DNA from: Squalus acanthias
Taxonomy: Eukaryota
DNA: 64,000 nt
Direction of reading: 5' to 3'
Assembly (NCBI GenBank): GCA_030390025.1
Contig: CM059432.1
Span: 92,320,001 to 92,384,000 of the forward strand
Shown here piece by piece: positions 1 through 13,680 of this stretch. The notes under the pieces are model-generated. The model ran no database searches. It was not told where the DNA came from and was given only the letters and a program-made list of their open reading frames with translations. The first letter of the stretch is position 1. Each line of letters begins with the position of its first letter. The translations under genes and the position numbers were made by a program.

Positions 1-117
1 AAAAATATCTGGCATAATTAAATTAGTAATGTAACTTCAGATCATATGATAATGTAAACTATCTTAAATAAAGCATTTTCTTCCAGCAGCTTCATCCAAA
101 TGTGTACTGGTACTTAC

Positions 118-497
118 ATGACAGTGAAAAGCTTGACATCATAATTCTGCACAAAAAACCAAAAGCACAGTAAATGCTCATCTACTTAACTAATGTAATC
201 CTCCAATATAACATTTTTAATATCAGTAATGTAATGGCAGAGAGCAGCAGGAACTTCGGGAGCAGTGCTGAGGGAGGACTCTGCCTTTCGTCAGGTCTTT
301 TTATTACTGGACTGGGAAGATTGCTAAACTATGATGAATAAGGACGTCTGGATATTGAAATATTGCAGAACTCCAGCTCATATAGAAAAACTTCCTCATC
401 CATCCCATCTATAGTTTCAGGAAGGCAATAACAGAGGAAGAGTAGAGAACATGTTTGATTCATCATTACCAAAATGTAAGAAGGCTGTATTACTTGT
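118..497 (-). pseudogene. Decayed exon of the long minus-strand gene (3'-most in window, KIAA0825-like region)
   Basis: Minus strand ...gaacAG| at 497 and |GTAAGT at 117. Reads QVIQPSYILVMMNQTCSLLFLCYCLPETIDGMDEEVFLYELEFCNIS... with in-frame stops. Unique sequence. Confidence 0.5.
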
Positions 498-567
498 CTG
501 TTCAACAATTCAATTTTAAAAAAAAAGCAAAATTGTTTTTCTTTGTTAATCCAACTAAATATACAGC

Positions 568-1672
568 AACTGGATACAGCAAAGGCTATGGGGCCCGACA
601 ACATCCCGCCTATCGTGCTGAAGACTTGTGCTCCAGAACTAGCCGCGCCTCTAGCCAAACTGTTCCAGTACAGCTACAACACTGGCATCTATCCGACAAT
701 GTGGAAAACTGCCCAGGTATGTCCTGTCCACAAAAAGTAGGAAAATTCCAACCCGGCCAATTACCACCCCATCAGCCTAATCTCAATCATCAGCAAAGTG
801 ATTGAAGGTGTCATCGACAGTGCTATCAAGCGGCACTTACTCACCAATAACCTGCTCACTGATGCCCAGTTTGGGTTCCGCCAAGACCACTCGGCTCCCG
901 ACCTCATTACAGCCTTGGTCCAAACATGGACAAAGGAGCTGAATTCCAGAGGTGAGGTGAAAGTGACTGCCCTTGACATCAAGGCAGCATTTGACCGAGT
1001 GTGGCATCAAGGAGCCATAGTAAAACTGAAGTCAATGGGAATCAGGGAAAATGCTCCACTGGCTTGAGTCATACCTAGCACAAAGGAAGATGGTTATGGT
1101 GGTTGAAGGTCAATCATCACAGCCCCAAGACATCGCTGCAGGAATTCCTCAGGGCAGTGTCCTAGGCCCAACCATCTTCAGCTGCTTAATCAATGACCTT
1201 CCCTCCAACATAAGGTCAGAAATGGAGATGTTCGCTGATGACTGCAAAGTGTTCAGCGCCATTCACAACTCCACAGATAATGAGTGCAGCTCCAACAACA
1301 CTCAAGAAGCTCAACACCATCGAGGACAAAGCAGCCCACTTGATTGGCACCCCATCCACCACCTTAAACATCCGCAACCTCTTCCACCTAGAAGGACAAG
1401 GGCAGCAGGCGCATGGGAACACCACCACCTCCAAGTTACCCTCCAAGTCACACACCATCCTGACTTAGAAGTATATCGCCGATCCTTCATCGTCGTTGGG
1501 TCAAAATCCTGGAACTCCCTCCCTAACAGCACTGTGGGACTACCTTCACCACATGGACTGCAGCGGTTCAAGAAGGCAGCTCACCACCACCTTCTCAAGG
1601 GCAACTAGGGATGGGCAATAAATGCTGGCCTTGCCAGCGATGCCCAGATCCCACAAACGAATAAAAAAAAAA
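568..1672 (+). mobile_element. 5'-truncated CR1-group non-LTR retrotransposon, family A (RT C-terminal half, ends HHHLLKGN + polyA), two internal deletions
   Basis: RT motifs QFGFRQDHS, LDIKAAFDRVWH, GIPQGSVLGP, FADD. 3' UTR and A tail at ~1660-1672. Closely similar to 10792-13680 (opposite strand) and 47870-48709. Confidence 0.93.
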
Positions 1673-4600
1673 TCCTTCCTTAAATAAGGAGAACACAACT
1701 GTACGCAGTACTCAAGGTGGTCTCACCAATACCCTGTGCATTTGTAGCAGGACTTCCCTGCTTTTATACTCCAACCCCCTTGCAATAAAGGCCAACATTC
1801 CATTTGCCTTTTTGATTACTTGCTGTACCTGCATGCTAACTTTTTGTGTTTCATGCACAAGGACCCCCATGTCCCTCTGAACTAGCATTTTGTAATCTCT
1901 CTCCATTTAAATAATAATTTGCTTTTTTATTTTTCCTGCCAAAGTGGATAACCTGACACTTTCCCACATTATACTCCATCTGCCAAATGTTTGCCCACTC
2001 ACTTAGCCTGTCTATATCCCTTTGCAGATTCTTTGAGTCCTCTGCACAACTTACTTTCCCACTCATCTTTGTATCATCCGCAAACTTGGCTACATTACAC
2101 TCGGTCCCTTCATCCAAGTCATTAATGTAGATTGTAAATAGTTTAGGCCCCAGCACCGATCCCTGTGGCACCCCACTAGTTACTGTTTGCCAACCGGAAA
2201 ATGACCCATTTATCCCAACTCTCTGCTTTCTGTTAGTTAGCCAATTCTCTATCCATGCTAATATATTACCCCCAACTCCGTGAGCTAATGGCCCAGAAAT
2301 TAGGCTCCCTGGCTTCCCGCGGGTGCAAGGATCCCGCGCGCACCTACCTACCACGCCTGCCGTTGACCTCTGGGCCCACAGGGACTTCATCTCCTGGGCC
2401 TGCCCCAACTGCCAGCGCGCAGTGCTTGCGTGTCCCAGGGGCGTAGTTAGTGCGATGCGTCCCCTGGGATCACGTGGGCCATGGAGAGCCAATGGCAGCA
2501 GACCATCTTTCATTCATAGATTTGACAGACCTGTCAAATCTATGAATTGAAATCGGCCCCAAAACAACACCTAAACTTCAAATAATTTTTTTTTAAAACC
2601 ATCACATTTTAAAAATAACTATAAGTTAAATAAATTAACTACTTTAAACAAAAATTTAAATTTTTGAAAAAATTAAAATACTTTTTAACAGTGCTAAAAA
2701 TAAACTTACCTTTCTTTAAAGTATCTAAAAAAGATAAACCTGTTGAAAAAATGTTTAAATTATAATTAATTAACCACTTACCTTGTTGAAAACGGGTCCT
2801 GCGCCTCCTTTTTAAAAGCGCAGGTTCTTCAATACTTACCCTCCCGGAGAAACCTGAAAAAAAACCTAAGTTTGCTGTGTGCGCGCAGCCTCTACCACGC
2901 ACACGGTTCACCTCTGAACCGCTCCCTTCACGAGACCGGAAGTTCCGGTTTCCCACGCATGCGCAGTGCATGCAGGAAACCAGCACTTCAGGAGGCCTTA
3001 CGGGTGAGTACACAGTCCGGCAAGTGCCGAATTTTTGGCCCCTTATCTTATGCAATAACCTTTTATGTGGCACCTTATCGAATGCCTTCTGGAAATCCAA
3101 ATACACCACATCCACTGGCTCACCTTTATCTACCCTGCTCGTTACATCCTCAAAGAACTCCAGCAAATTTGTTAATCATCATTTCCCTTTCATAAAACCA
3201 TGTTGACTCTGCTTGATTGCATTATGATTTTCCAAATGCCCTGCTACCGCTTCCTTAATGAAGGACTCCAGCATTTTCCCAACGACAGATGTTAGGCTAA
3301 CTGGTCTATAGTTTCCTGCTTTCTGTCTCCCTCCCTTCTTAAATAGGGGTGTTACATTTGCGGTTTTCCAATCCGCTGGGACCTCTCCAGAGTCCAGGGA
3401 ATTTTGGTATATTGTAACCAATGCATCCACTATCTCTGCAGCCACTTCTTTTAAGACCCTGGTCCAGGGGACTTGTCGTCTTTTCGTCCCATTATTTTAC
3501 CAAGTACTTTTTCCTTAGTGATAGTGATTGTTTTTAGTTCCTCCCTCCCTGTGGCCCTTTGATTATCCATTATTGGGATGTTGTTGGTGTCTACTACCAT
3601 GAAGACAGATACAAAATATTTGTTCAGAGTCTCTGCCATTTCCCCGTTCCCCATTATTAATTCCCCATTCTCATCCTCTAAGGGACCAACGTTTACTTTA
3701 GCTACTCTCTTCCTTTTTATATACCTGTAGAAGCTCTTACTATCTGTTTTAATATTTCTTGCCAGTTTACTCTCATAATTCATCTTCTCTCTCTTTATTT
3801 TTTTTAGTCATCCTTTGCTGGTTTTTAAAATTTCCCAATCCTCTGGCCTCCCACCAATCTTGGCAACATTGTATGCCTTCGTTTTCAATTTGATACCATC
3901 CTTTACTTCCTTAGTTAGCCACGGATAGTGCTTCCTTCTCTTAAAATCTTTCTTTCTCACTGGAATATATTTCTGTTGAGAGTTATGAAATATCTCCTTA
4001 AATGTCCGCCACTGCATTTCAACTGTCTTACCTTTTAATTTATTTTTCCAGTCCACTTTAGCCAGTTCTGCCCTCATGCCATTGTAATTGACTTTGTTTA
4101 AGATCAGGACACTGATTTGAGATACAACTTTCTCACCCTCCAACTGAATTTGAAATTCAACCATGTTATGATCACTCTTACCTAGAGGATCCTTTACTAT
4201 GAGATCATTTATTAATTCTGTCTCATTACACAGTACCAGATCCAAGATAGCCTGCTCCCTGGTTGGTTCCATTACATACTATTCTAGGAAACCATCCCGG
4301 ATACACTCTATGAACTCCTCCTCAAGGCTACCATGGCCAATTTGATTTGCCCAATCAATATGGAGATTAAAATCACCCATGATTATTACCGTAACTTTTT
4401 TACAGGCCTCCATTATTTGTTGATTTATACTCTGTCCAACAGCATTGCTACTGTTCGGGGGCCTGTAGACTACGCCCACCAGCGACTTTTTCCCTTATTA
4501 TTTTTTATCTACACCCAAACCGATTCTACATCTTGATCTTCTGAGCCAATATCACTTCTCACCACTGCACTGATCCCATCCTTTATCAACAAAGCCACCC

Positions 4601-4991
4601 CACCTCCCTTTCCTTTCTGTCTATCCTTCGGAATTGTCAGATACCCTGGAATATTCAGTTCCCAGTCCTGGTCACCTTGCAACCACGTCTCTGTAATGGC
4701 GATCAGATCATACCCATTTGTATCTATTTGTGCCATCAACTCATCTATCTTGTTACGAATGCTGCGTGCATTCAGATATAGAGCTTTTAATTTTGTCTTT
4801 TTACCATTTCTCCTTGTTTTGGCCCTATTTTCTGTTGCACTCTTATTTTTACACATTCGGTCCCTTCCTGTCACACTCTGGTTATTATTTCCCCTATCTC
4901 TATCCTGCTCTATTGTTTTCTCATTTCTCATTGACTTTTTAAATTCCCGCTCACCTGAACCCTCCCTCCCACTACTTAGTTTAAAGCCCTC
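1673..4991 (-). mobile_element. CR1 LINE family B, 5' part (end of ORF1, APE endonuclease, RT), broken just after EYCVQ
   Basis: YLNARSIRNK, ITETWL, GDFN, LDLVL, SDH, QHGFMKGK, YLDFQKAFDKVPH, GVPQGSVLGP, FADD. Same subfamily as 23574-26313. Confidence 0.95.
2290..3041. mobile_element. Harbinger-type non-autonomous DNA transposon (MITE) inserted in CR1-B
   Basis: Ends GGCCCAGAAATT ... AATTTTTGGCCC. CR1 RT sequence resumes on both sides. Internal palindrome ttcatagatttgacag-a-c-ctgtcaaatctatgaa at ~2513-2547. Confidence 0.75.
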
Positions 4992-7900
4992 TCGAATAAC
5001 AAGGGTGATAGATAGGGCTTTAAGCTAATGAAGGGGTGTGGGAGGATTCAGGAAAGGGTAAATTCAAAAGCAGTAAGATAAATGTCAGGACTGCAGAGCA
5101 GAGTATTGATTTGGCTAAAAATAAGCAATGTGGATCAGGAAGGGACAGAGAGCTTAATAAAGGTAATAGGGCATCAGTGACTACATAGGATTATATAGGA
5201 CATATGGCACAGAAACAGGCCATTCGGCCCAACCAGTCCATGCCGGCGTTTATGCTCCACACGAGCCTCCTCCCGTCTTTCCTTATCTAAATCTATCAGC
5301 ATAACCCTCTATTCCCTTCTCCCTCATATGCTTGTCTAGCCTCCCCTTAAATGCATCTATACTATTCGCTTCAACCACTCCCTGTGGTAGTTCCACATTC
5401 TCACCACTCTTGGGTAAAGAAGTTTCTTCTGAATTCCCTATTGTATTTCTTGATACTATCTTATATTGATGGCCTCGAGTTATGCTCTTCCCCACAAGTG
5501 GAAACATTCTCTCTGTATCCACTCTATCAAAACCTTTCATAATTTTAAAGACCTCTATTAGGTCACCCCTCAGCCTTCTTTTTTCAAGAGAAAAGAGACC
5601 CAGCCTGTTCATCCTTTCCTGATATGTATACCCTCGCATTTCTGGTATCATCCTTGTAAATCTCTCTGCACCCTCTCCAGTGCCTCTATATCCTTTTTAT
5701 AATATGGCGACCAGAACTGTACGCAGTACTCCAAGTGTGGTCTAACCAAGGTTCGATACAGGTTTAGCATAACTTCCCTACTTTTCAATTCTATACCTCT
5801 AGAAATAAACTCTAGTGCTTGGTTTGCTTTTTTTATGGCCTTGCTAATCTGTGTCGCAACTTTTAGTGATTTGTGTATTTGTACTCCAAGTTCCCTTTGT
5901 TCCTCTACTCCACCTAGACTCGCCCCCTCCACGTAATAAGTGACCTCCCTATTCTTCCTACCAAAATGTAATACCTCACATTTGTCTGTGTTGAACTTCA
6001 TTTGCCAATTATATGCCCATTCTGCAAGTTTATTAATGTCCTCCTTTTGTTACAGTTCTCCTCAGTATTGACCATCCCCCCAATTTGGTGTCATCCACAA
6101 ATTTAGAAATTGTGTTTTTGATTCCAAATCTAAATCGTTAATGTAAATTGTGAACAGCAGTGGTCCCAGCACTGATCCTTGTGGAACACCACGACCCACC
6201 TTCTGCCACTGTAAATAGCTACCCTTTACTCCTACTCTCTGCTTTCTGTCCTGAAGCCAGCCAGCAATCCATTCTGCTACTTGTCCCCTGACTAAGGTGA
6301 CATCAGGGAAAAATAGAAAACATTAAAGCTAAAGACATTATATCTGAATGTATGAAGCATTCGTAACAAAATAGATTAATTAATAGCAGGGATAGAAATA
6401 AATGGGTTTGATCTAACAGCCATTACGGAGACGTGGTTGCAGAATGACCAAGGTTGGGAACTAATAAATATTCCAGGATACTTGACTTTTAGAAGAGATA
6501 AGCAGAATAGAAAAGGTGGGGAGGGGCGGGGGGAGCCCTGATAATAAAGGATGGGATAAAGACAGTTATGAGAAAGGATCTTAGCCTGGAAAAACAAAAT
6601 GTAGAATCACTTTGGGTGGAGCTAAGAAACAACAAGGGGCAGAAAACACTGATGATTCAGTTAAGTCTGAAACTAGGGTCTTAAATCTGAACAAAGCAAA
6701 CTACATAGTTATGAGAGGCGAGTTGGCTAAGGTAGGTTGGGAAACTAGATTAAAAGATATGACGGTAGATAAGCAATGACAAACATTTAAAGAAATAATT
6801 CATAATTCGCAACGAATATACATTCCCTTAAGGAATAAAAACCCCACGGGGAAAATGGTCCAACCATGGCTAACATGAGAAGTTAAAGATAGTATTAGAA
6901 TAAAGTAAGAGGTTTATAATGTTGCTAAAAAGAATAGTAAGCCTGAGGATTAGGAGGATTTTAGAATTCAGCCAAGGAGGACCAGGAAATTGATAGAGAA
7001 AAGAGAGTATGAGAGTAAACTAGCAAGAGACATAAAAACAGATTGTAAGAGTTTCTATAGGTATGTAAAAAGTAAGAGATTAGCTAAAGTAAACATAGGT
7101 TCCTTACAGGCAGAGACAGGAGAAATTATAATGGGGAATAAGGAAATGGCAGAAACATTAAACAAATACTTTTAAATCTTTCTTCACGGAAGAAGACACA
7201 AAAAACATTCCGGAAATAGTGGGGAACCAAGGGTCTAGTGAGAATGAAGAACTTAACGAAATTAGTATTAGTAAAAAAAATAGTACTGGAGAAATTAATG
7301 CAACTAAAAGCCAACAAATCCCCTGGACCTGATGGCCTACATCCTAGGGTTTTAAAAGAGGTAGCTACAGAAGTAGTGGGTGCATTGGTTTTGATCTTCT
7401 AGAATTCCCTAGATTCTAGAATGGTCCCAGTGGATTGGAAGGTAGCAAATGTAACCCCGCTATTCAAGAAAGGAGGGAGAAAGAAAACAGGGAATTATAG
7501 ACCAGTTAGCCTGACATCAGTAGCAGCTAGATTCTATTATTAGGGACGTTAGAAAATCATAATATGATTGGGCAGAGTCAATACGGATTTATGAAAGGGA
7601 AATCATGTTTGACAAATCTAATAGAGTTTTTTGAGGTTGTAACTAGCAGGGTAGATAAAGGGGAACCAGTAGATGTAGTGTGTTTGGATTTTCAGAAAGG
7701 ATTTGATAAGGTGTCACACAAAAGGTTATTATACAAAATTAGGGCTCATGGGATTGGGGTAATATATTAGCATGGATTGAGGATTGGCTAATGGACGGAA
7801 AACAGAGAGTAGGAATAAATGTGTCATTTTCGGGTTGGCAGGCTTTAACTAGTGGGGTGCCACAAGGATCAGTGCTTTGGCCTCAGCTATTTTCAATCTA

Positions 7901-8866
7901 TATCAATGACTTAAATGAGGGGGCCGAGTGTAATGTATCCAAGTTTGCTGATGATAAAAAGCTAGGTGGGAAAGTAAGTTGTGAGGAGGATGCAAAGTGG
8001 CAGCAAAGGGATATAGACAGGTTAAGTGAGTGGGCAAGAACATGGCAGATGGAATATAATGTGGAGAAATGTGAAGTTATCCACTTCGGTAGGAAGAATA
8101 GAAAAGCAGAATATATATTAAATGGTGAGAGATTGGGAAATGTTGGTGTTCAGAGGACCTGGGTGTCCTTGTACACAAATCACTGAAAGTTAACATGCAG
8201 GTACAACAAGCAATTAGGAAAGCAAATTGTATGTTTGCCTTTATTACAAAAGGATTGGAGTATAAGAGTAAAGAGATCTTATTGCAATTATATAGGGCCT
8301 TGGCGAGACAATACCTGGAGTACTGTGCACAGTTTTGGTCTCCTTTGGTTAAGGAAGGATATACTTGTCTGAGAGGAAGTGCAATGAAGGTTCACCAGAC
8401 TAATTCCTGGGATGTGGGGATTGTCCTATGAGGAGAGATTGAGGAGACTAGGCCTATATTCCCTAGAAATTAGAAGAATGAGAGGTAATCTCATTGAAAC
8501 ATATAAAATTCGTACAGGGCTTGACAGGGTAGATGCAGGGAGGATTTTTTCCCCTGGCTGGGGAGTCTAGAACCAGGGGTCACAGCCTCAGAATAAGGGG
8601 GCGGCCATTTAGGACTGAGAAGAGGAGAAATTTCTTCACTCAAAGGGTGGTGAATCTTTGGAATTCTCTACCCCAGATGCTCAGTCGTTGAGTATATTCA
8701 AGACAGAGATTGATAGATTTTTGGATATTAAGGGAATCAAGGGATATGGGGATCGGGCAGGAAAGTGGAGTTGAGGTCGAAGATCAGCCATGATCTTATT
8801 GAATGGCGGAGCAGACTCGAAGGGCTGAATGGCCGACTCCTGCTCCTATTTCTTATGCGTTTATGT
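4992..8866 (+). mobile_element. CR1 LINE family C, 3' part (ORF1 C-terminus RITRVIDRALS*, endonuclease, RT, 3' tail), degenerate
   Basis: ORF fragments with QYGFMKGKSCLTNL, GVPQGSVL, FADD, LEYCAQFWSP. Tail TCCTATTTCTTATG at ~8845-8865. Confidence 0.92.
5184..6288 (-). mobile_element. CR1 LINE family D, 5'-truncated, nested in CR1-C
   Basis: RT C-terminal ORFs (MKFNTDKCEVLHFG, HLEYCVQFWSP, RRLRGDLIEVFK). Flanking TGACTA at 5178-5183 and 6289-6294. Confidence 0.92.
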
Positions 8867-8924
8867 TTGAGGCCCAAATTTCTGACGTGGAATTTCACCT
8901 ATTGTGTGTTCATTTGTCATACAG

Positions 8925-9026
8925 TAGCAGAAATATCGCAACTAGATATTGCAGTAACATTTTAGAAGCCATAAAAAGAAGAATTATTGCACTAAAAATA
9001 TCAGTACAACTCAAACAGGAGATAAA
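8925..9026 (+). pseudogene. Decayed exon of the long gene, flipped to plus strand by the inversion
   Basis: catttgtcatacAG| acceptor and |GTAATG donor. Reads AEISQLDIAVTF* (or SRNIATRYCSNILEAIK in another frame). Confidence 0.4.
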
Positions 9027-9136
9027 GTAATGTTATTTATACTTTTCATGTGGAAGGATTTTGCAGCTTTAACTACATTAATCTTTTACGTTTATCATTT
9101 GGAATTTATTTCTGACTTTTATTTATTTTTATTTAG

Positions 9137-9328
9137 TTGTGTATAATTTACTGTTCTGTCTAAATGGACCATCTGTAGAAGCTGATAAGAGAAAATAAAC
9201 ACTGGATAATATCCACCCGTCGGCAGAATACAGGCTGTATTGTCTATTGTACAGAAGGCACTTGCCTCACAGACATGTTGTTGCTGAAATTCTGTGTCAG
9301 ACTGCTGAGTGGATAGACCACAATGAAA
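9137..9328 (+). pseudogene. Decayed exon of the long gene, flipped to plus strand by the inversion
   Basis: tttatttttatttAG| acceptor, weak donor. Reads VYNLLFCLNGPSVEADKRK*TLDNIHPSAEYRLYCLLYRRHLPHRHVVAEILCQTAEWIDHNE with a single stop. Confidence 0.45.
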
Positions 9329-9335
9329 GTATAAT

Positions 9336-10683
9336 GGTTAGAAATTTGATCGCGTTGTGCCCATTTTACAGGCATAAAACAGACACCTAAGGATCCAATA
9401 TGGCGTGCAGTGCACCGCTTGACATATTACGCGCACTAGAATTATTTAAAAGCCTCATAGTAATATTTAAATAAGGGTCCTACGCTTGTTGTAGGACTCT
9501 TTTGTGAAATTGGTCTACCTCAGCGCCTGACTCACCACGTGATAAAAACGCTCAGCAACTCACCCACAGTGCTCTCCTGCCACCTTTCTGAATAGAAAGG
9601 TGTTCCATTCCCTCAACGTCTAGCTCGTTTACAACCATAGGCTGCGCATCATACAGAGCTGTGCCCGGAACCCAGACACACCTGCAGAGCCGGCCCACAA
9701 TGAGACTTCATGCCTCCACCAGAAACGTGATCGCGCAGACAGTCAACATGTTCTAAAATCGCTTCCCCTGAATGGACCGTTCAGGAAGAGCTTTACAGTA
9801 CAGCCTTGAGTGGATACCCAGATTTGCTGCATGCTACATAACATTGACATCATGAGGGTGCAGCCCTTCCCACCACTTGGGTAATATGAAGCGCAGGAGG
9901 AGGAGGAGCAGGAAAAGGTGGAGCAGTATGAAGAGGAGGAAGAGCAGTAGCCATGTCGACCACCAGTGCCATAAATCCTCACACCAAATTCAGAACAATT
10001 TTTTTTTTATCCAACAACTGGGGGTGCACATGCACAAATCTTTGATGGTGGCAGGACAAGTTGAGAAGGTTGTTAAAAAAGCATACGGGATCCTCGGCTT
10101 TATAAACAGAGGAATAGAGTACAAAAGCAAGAATGTTATGCTAAACCTTTATAAATCAGTGGTTAGGCCCCAGCCAGAGTATTGTGTCCAATTCTGGGCT
10201 CCACATTTTAGGAAGGATGGTACCAGGGATATGGGACCTCTGTTATGTGGAAAAACTAGAGAAGTTGGGGGTTTTCTCCTTAGAGCAGAGAAGGTTAAGG
10301 GGAAATTTAACAGTGGTGTTCAAAATCATGAAGGGTTGTCATAGAGTAAATAAGGAGAAACTGTTTCCAGTGACAGAAGGATCAGTACCCAGAGGACAAG
10401 ATGAGGAGAAATCTTTTTACACAGCGAGTTGTTATGATCTGGAATGCTCTGTCTGAAAGGGTGGTGGAAGCAGATTCAATAATAACTTTCAAATGGGAAT
10501 TGGCAGCCCTGGCCCCCAAACAGGTGCTCAACCAATGAATAATTTGGGTAGCGATGGCTGCTCGCCTGAGTCATGATAATTAGCTGGTAGCATCAATGTC
10601 ACGTGGTCCCTGCGAACAGGCACATGCACTGCGTGCTCTACCCCCGGCACACCCATTTACAGGCATGACCAAATTTCTAGGCC
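9336..10683. mobile_element. Harbinger-derived element carrying a nested CR1 3' fragment (~10015-10503, +)
   Basis: Ends GGTTAGAAATTTG ... CAAATTTCTAGGCC. Subterminal ccatt(t)tacaggcat repeats. CR1 piece encodes KKAYGILGFINRGIEYKS. Confidence 0.6.
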
Positions 10684-10791
10684 TTTGTGTCTGTACCAAT
10701 CCCAATATGGCTGCGGCCTGGTATTAATTATATTGATTAATAAAAACAATTTTGATTGGTTGTATGTAGTTGGCAACAGATTAACTAGAGA

Positions 10792-13680
10792 TTTTTTTCA
10801 ATTTGTTTATGGGATGTGGGCGTCGCTGGCAAGGCCAGCATTTATTGCCCATCCCTAATTGCCCTTGAGAAGGTGGTGGTAAGCCGCCTTCTTGAACTGC
10901 TGCAGTCTGTGTGGTGAAGGTACTCCCACAGTGCTGTTATGGAGGGAGTTCCAGGATTTTGTCCCTGCGACGATGAAGGATCGGCGATATACTTCTAAGT
11001 CAGGATGGTGCGTGACTTGGAGGGGAACTTGGAGGTGGTGGTGTTCCCATGCACCTGCTGTCCTTGTCCTTCTAGGTGGAAGAGGTCGCGGGTTTGGGAG
11101 GTGCTGCTGAAGAAGCCTTGGCGAGTTGCTGCAGTGCATCTTGTAGACGGTACACACTGCAGCCACGGTACGCCGGTGGTGGAGGGAGTGAATGTTTAAG
11201 GTGGTGGATGGGGTGCCACTCAAATGGGTTGCTTTGTCCTGGATGGTGTCGAGCTTCTTGAGTGTTGTTGGAGCTGCACTCATCCTGGCAAGTGGAGAGT
11301 ATTCCATCACACTCCTTAATTGTGCCTTGTAGATGGTGGAAAGGCTTTGGGGAGTCAGGAGGTGAGACACTCGCTGCAGAATACCCAGCCTCTGACCTGC
11401 TCTTGTTGCCACAGTATTTATGTGGCTGGTCCAGTTAAGTTTCTGGTCAATGGTGACCCCCGGGATGTTGATCGTGGGGGATTCGGCGATGGTAATGCCA
11501 TTGAATGTCAAGGGGCGGAGGTTAGTCTCTCACTTGTTGGAGATAGTCAGTGCCTGGCACTTCTGTGGCGCGGATGTTACCTGCCACTTATCAGCCCAAG
11601 CCTGAATGTTGTCCCGGTCTTGTTGCATGCGGGCATGGACTGCTTCATTATCTGAGGAGTTGTGAATGGTGCTGAACACTGTGCAGTCATCAGCGAACAT
11701 CCCCATTTCTGACCTTATGTTGGAGGGAAGGTCATTGATGAAGCAACTGCAGATGGTTGGGCCTAGGACACTGCCCTGAGGAACTCCAGCAGCGATGTCC
11801 TGGGGCTGTGATGATTGACCTTCAACCACCACAACCACCTTCCTTTGTGCTTGATATGGCTCCAGCCAGTGAAGCGTTTTCCGCCTGATTCCCATTGACT
11901 TCAGTTTTACTAGGGCTCCTTGCTACCAGACTCGGTCAAATGCTGCTTTGATGTCAAGGGCAGTCACTTTCACCTCACCTCTAAAATTCAGCTCCTTTGT
12001 CCATGTTTGGACCAAGGCTGTAATGAGGTCAAGAGCCAAGTGGTCTTGGCGGAACCCAAACTGGGCATCAGTGAGCAGGTTACTGGTGAGTAAGTGCCGC
12101 TTGATAGCACTGTCGATAACACCTTCCATCACTTTGCTGATGATTGAGAGTAGACTGATGGGGCAGTAATTGGCCGGGTTGGATTTGTCCTGCTTTTTGT
12201 GGACAGGACATACCTGGGCAGTTTTCCACATTGTCGGATAGATGCCAGTGTTGTAGCTATACTGGAACAGCTTGGATAGAGGCGCGGCTAGTTCTGGAGC
12301 ACAAGTCTTCAGCACGATAGCCGGGATGTTGTCAGGGCCCATAGTCTTTGCTGTATCCAGTGTGCTCAGCCATTTCTTGATATCATGTGGAGTGAATCGA
12401 ATTGGCTGAAGACTGGCTTCTGTGATGGTGGGGACCTCGGGAGTAGGCCGATATGGATCATCCACTTGGCACTTCTGGCTGAAGTTGGTTGCAAACGCTT
12501 CAGCCTTGTCTTTTGCACTCACATGCTGGGCTCCACCATCATTGAGGATTGGGATATTCTTGGAGCGTCCTCCTCCCGTTAGTTGTTTAATGATCCACCA
12601 CCATTCACAACTGGATGTGGCAGGACTGCAGAGCTTTAATCTGATCCGTTGATTGTGGGATCGCTTAGCCTTGTCTATAGCATGCTGCTTCCGCTTTTTA
12701 GCATGCATGTAGTCCTGTGTTGCAGCTTCCCCAGGCTGGCACCTCATTTTTAGGTACGCCAGGTGCTGCTCCTGGAATGCTCTTCTACACTCCTTATTGA
12801 ACTAGGGTTGGCCCCCTGGCTTGGTGGTAATGGTAGAGTGAGAGATATGCCGGGCCATGAGGTTACAGATTGTGGTGGAATACAGTTCTGCTGCTGCTGA
12901 TGGCCCACAGTGCCTCATGGATGCCCAGTTTTGAGCTGCTAGATCTGTTCTGAATCTATCCCATTTAGCACGGTGGTAGTGCCACACAACACGATGGAGG
13001 GTGTCCTCAGTGTGAAGATGGGACTTCGTCTCCACAATGACTGTGTGGTGGTCAATGCTACAAATGCTGTCGTGGACAGATGCATCTGCGACAGGTAGAT
13101 TGGTGAGGACGAGGTCAAGTAGGTTTTTCCCTCGTGTTGATTCACTCACCACCTGTCGCAGGCCAAGACTGGCAGTTATGTCCTTCAGGACTCGGCCAGC
13201 TCGGTCAGTAGTGGTGCTACCGAGCCACTCTTGGTGATGGACATTGAAGTCCCCCACCCAGAGTACATTCTGTGCCCTTGCTACTCTCCGTGCTTCTTTC
13301 AAGTGGTGTTCAACATGGAGGAGTACTGATTCATCAGCTGAGGGAGGGCGGTAGGTGGTAATCAGCAGGAGGTTTCCTTGCCCATGCTTGACCTGAAGCC
13401 ATGAGACTTCATGGGGTCCGGGTTCAATGTTGAGGACTCCCAGGGCCACTCCTTCCCGACTGTATACTACTGTGCCACCACCCCTGGTGGGTCTGTTCTG
13501 TCGACGGGACAGGACCTAGCCAGGGATGGTGATGGAGGAGTTTGGGACATTGGCTGAAAGGTATGATTCTGTGAGTATGACTATGTCAGGCTGTTGCTTG
13601 AATAGTCTGTGGGACAGCTCTTCCAATTTTGGCACAAGTGCCCAGATGTTGGTGAGGTGGACTTTGCAGGGTTGACTTGC
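10792..13680 (-). mobile_element. CR1-group family A LINE, nearly complete ORF2 (APE + RT)
   Basis: ORFs 12802-13449 (YRPP, GDFNVHH, LDLVLTN), 11923-12747, 11530-11895 (GVPQGSVLGP, FADD) and 10855-11511 (..HHLLKGN). T-rich tail at ~10792-10808. Confidence 0.95.

Noticed and set aside
421..475. Plus-strand 55-nt exon (cag|GAAGGC...AAAT|gtaag)
   Set aside because: No recognisable product. It lies within the better-supported minus-strand exon remnant.
1851..3166. RT ORFs with unusual N- or C-terminal extensions (also 23913-24746, 47794-48474)
   Set aside because: These are read-through from LINE RT into nested MITE or flanking DNA.
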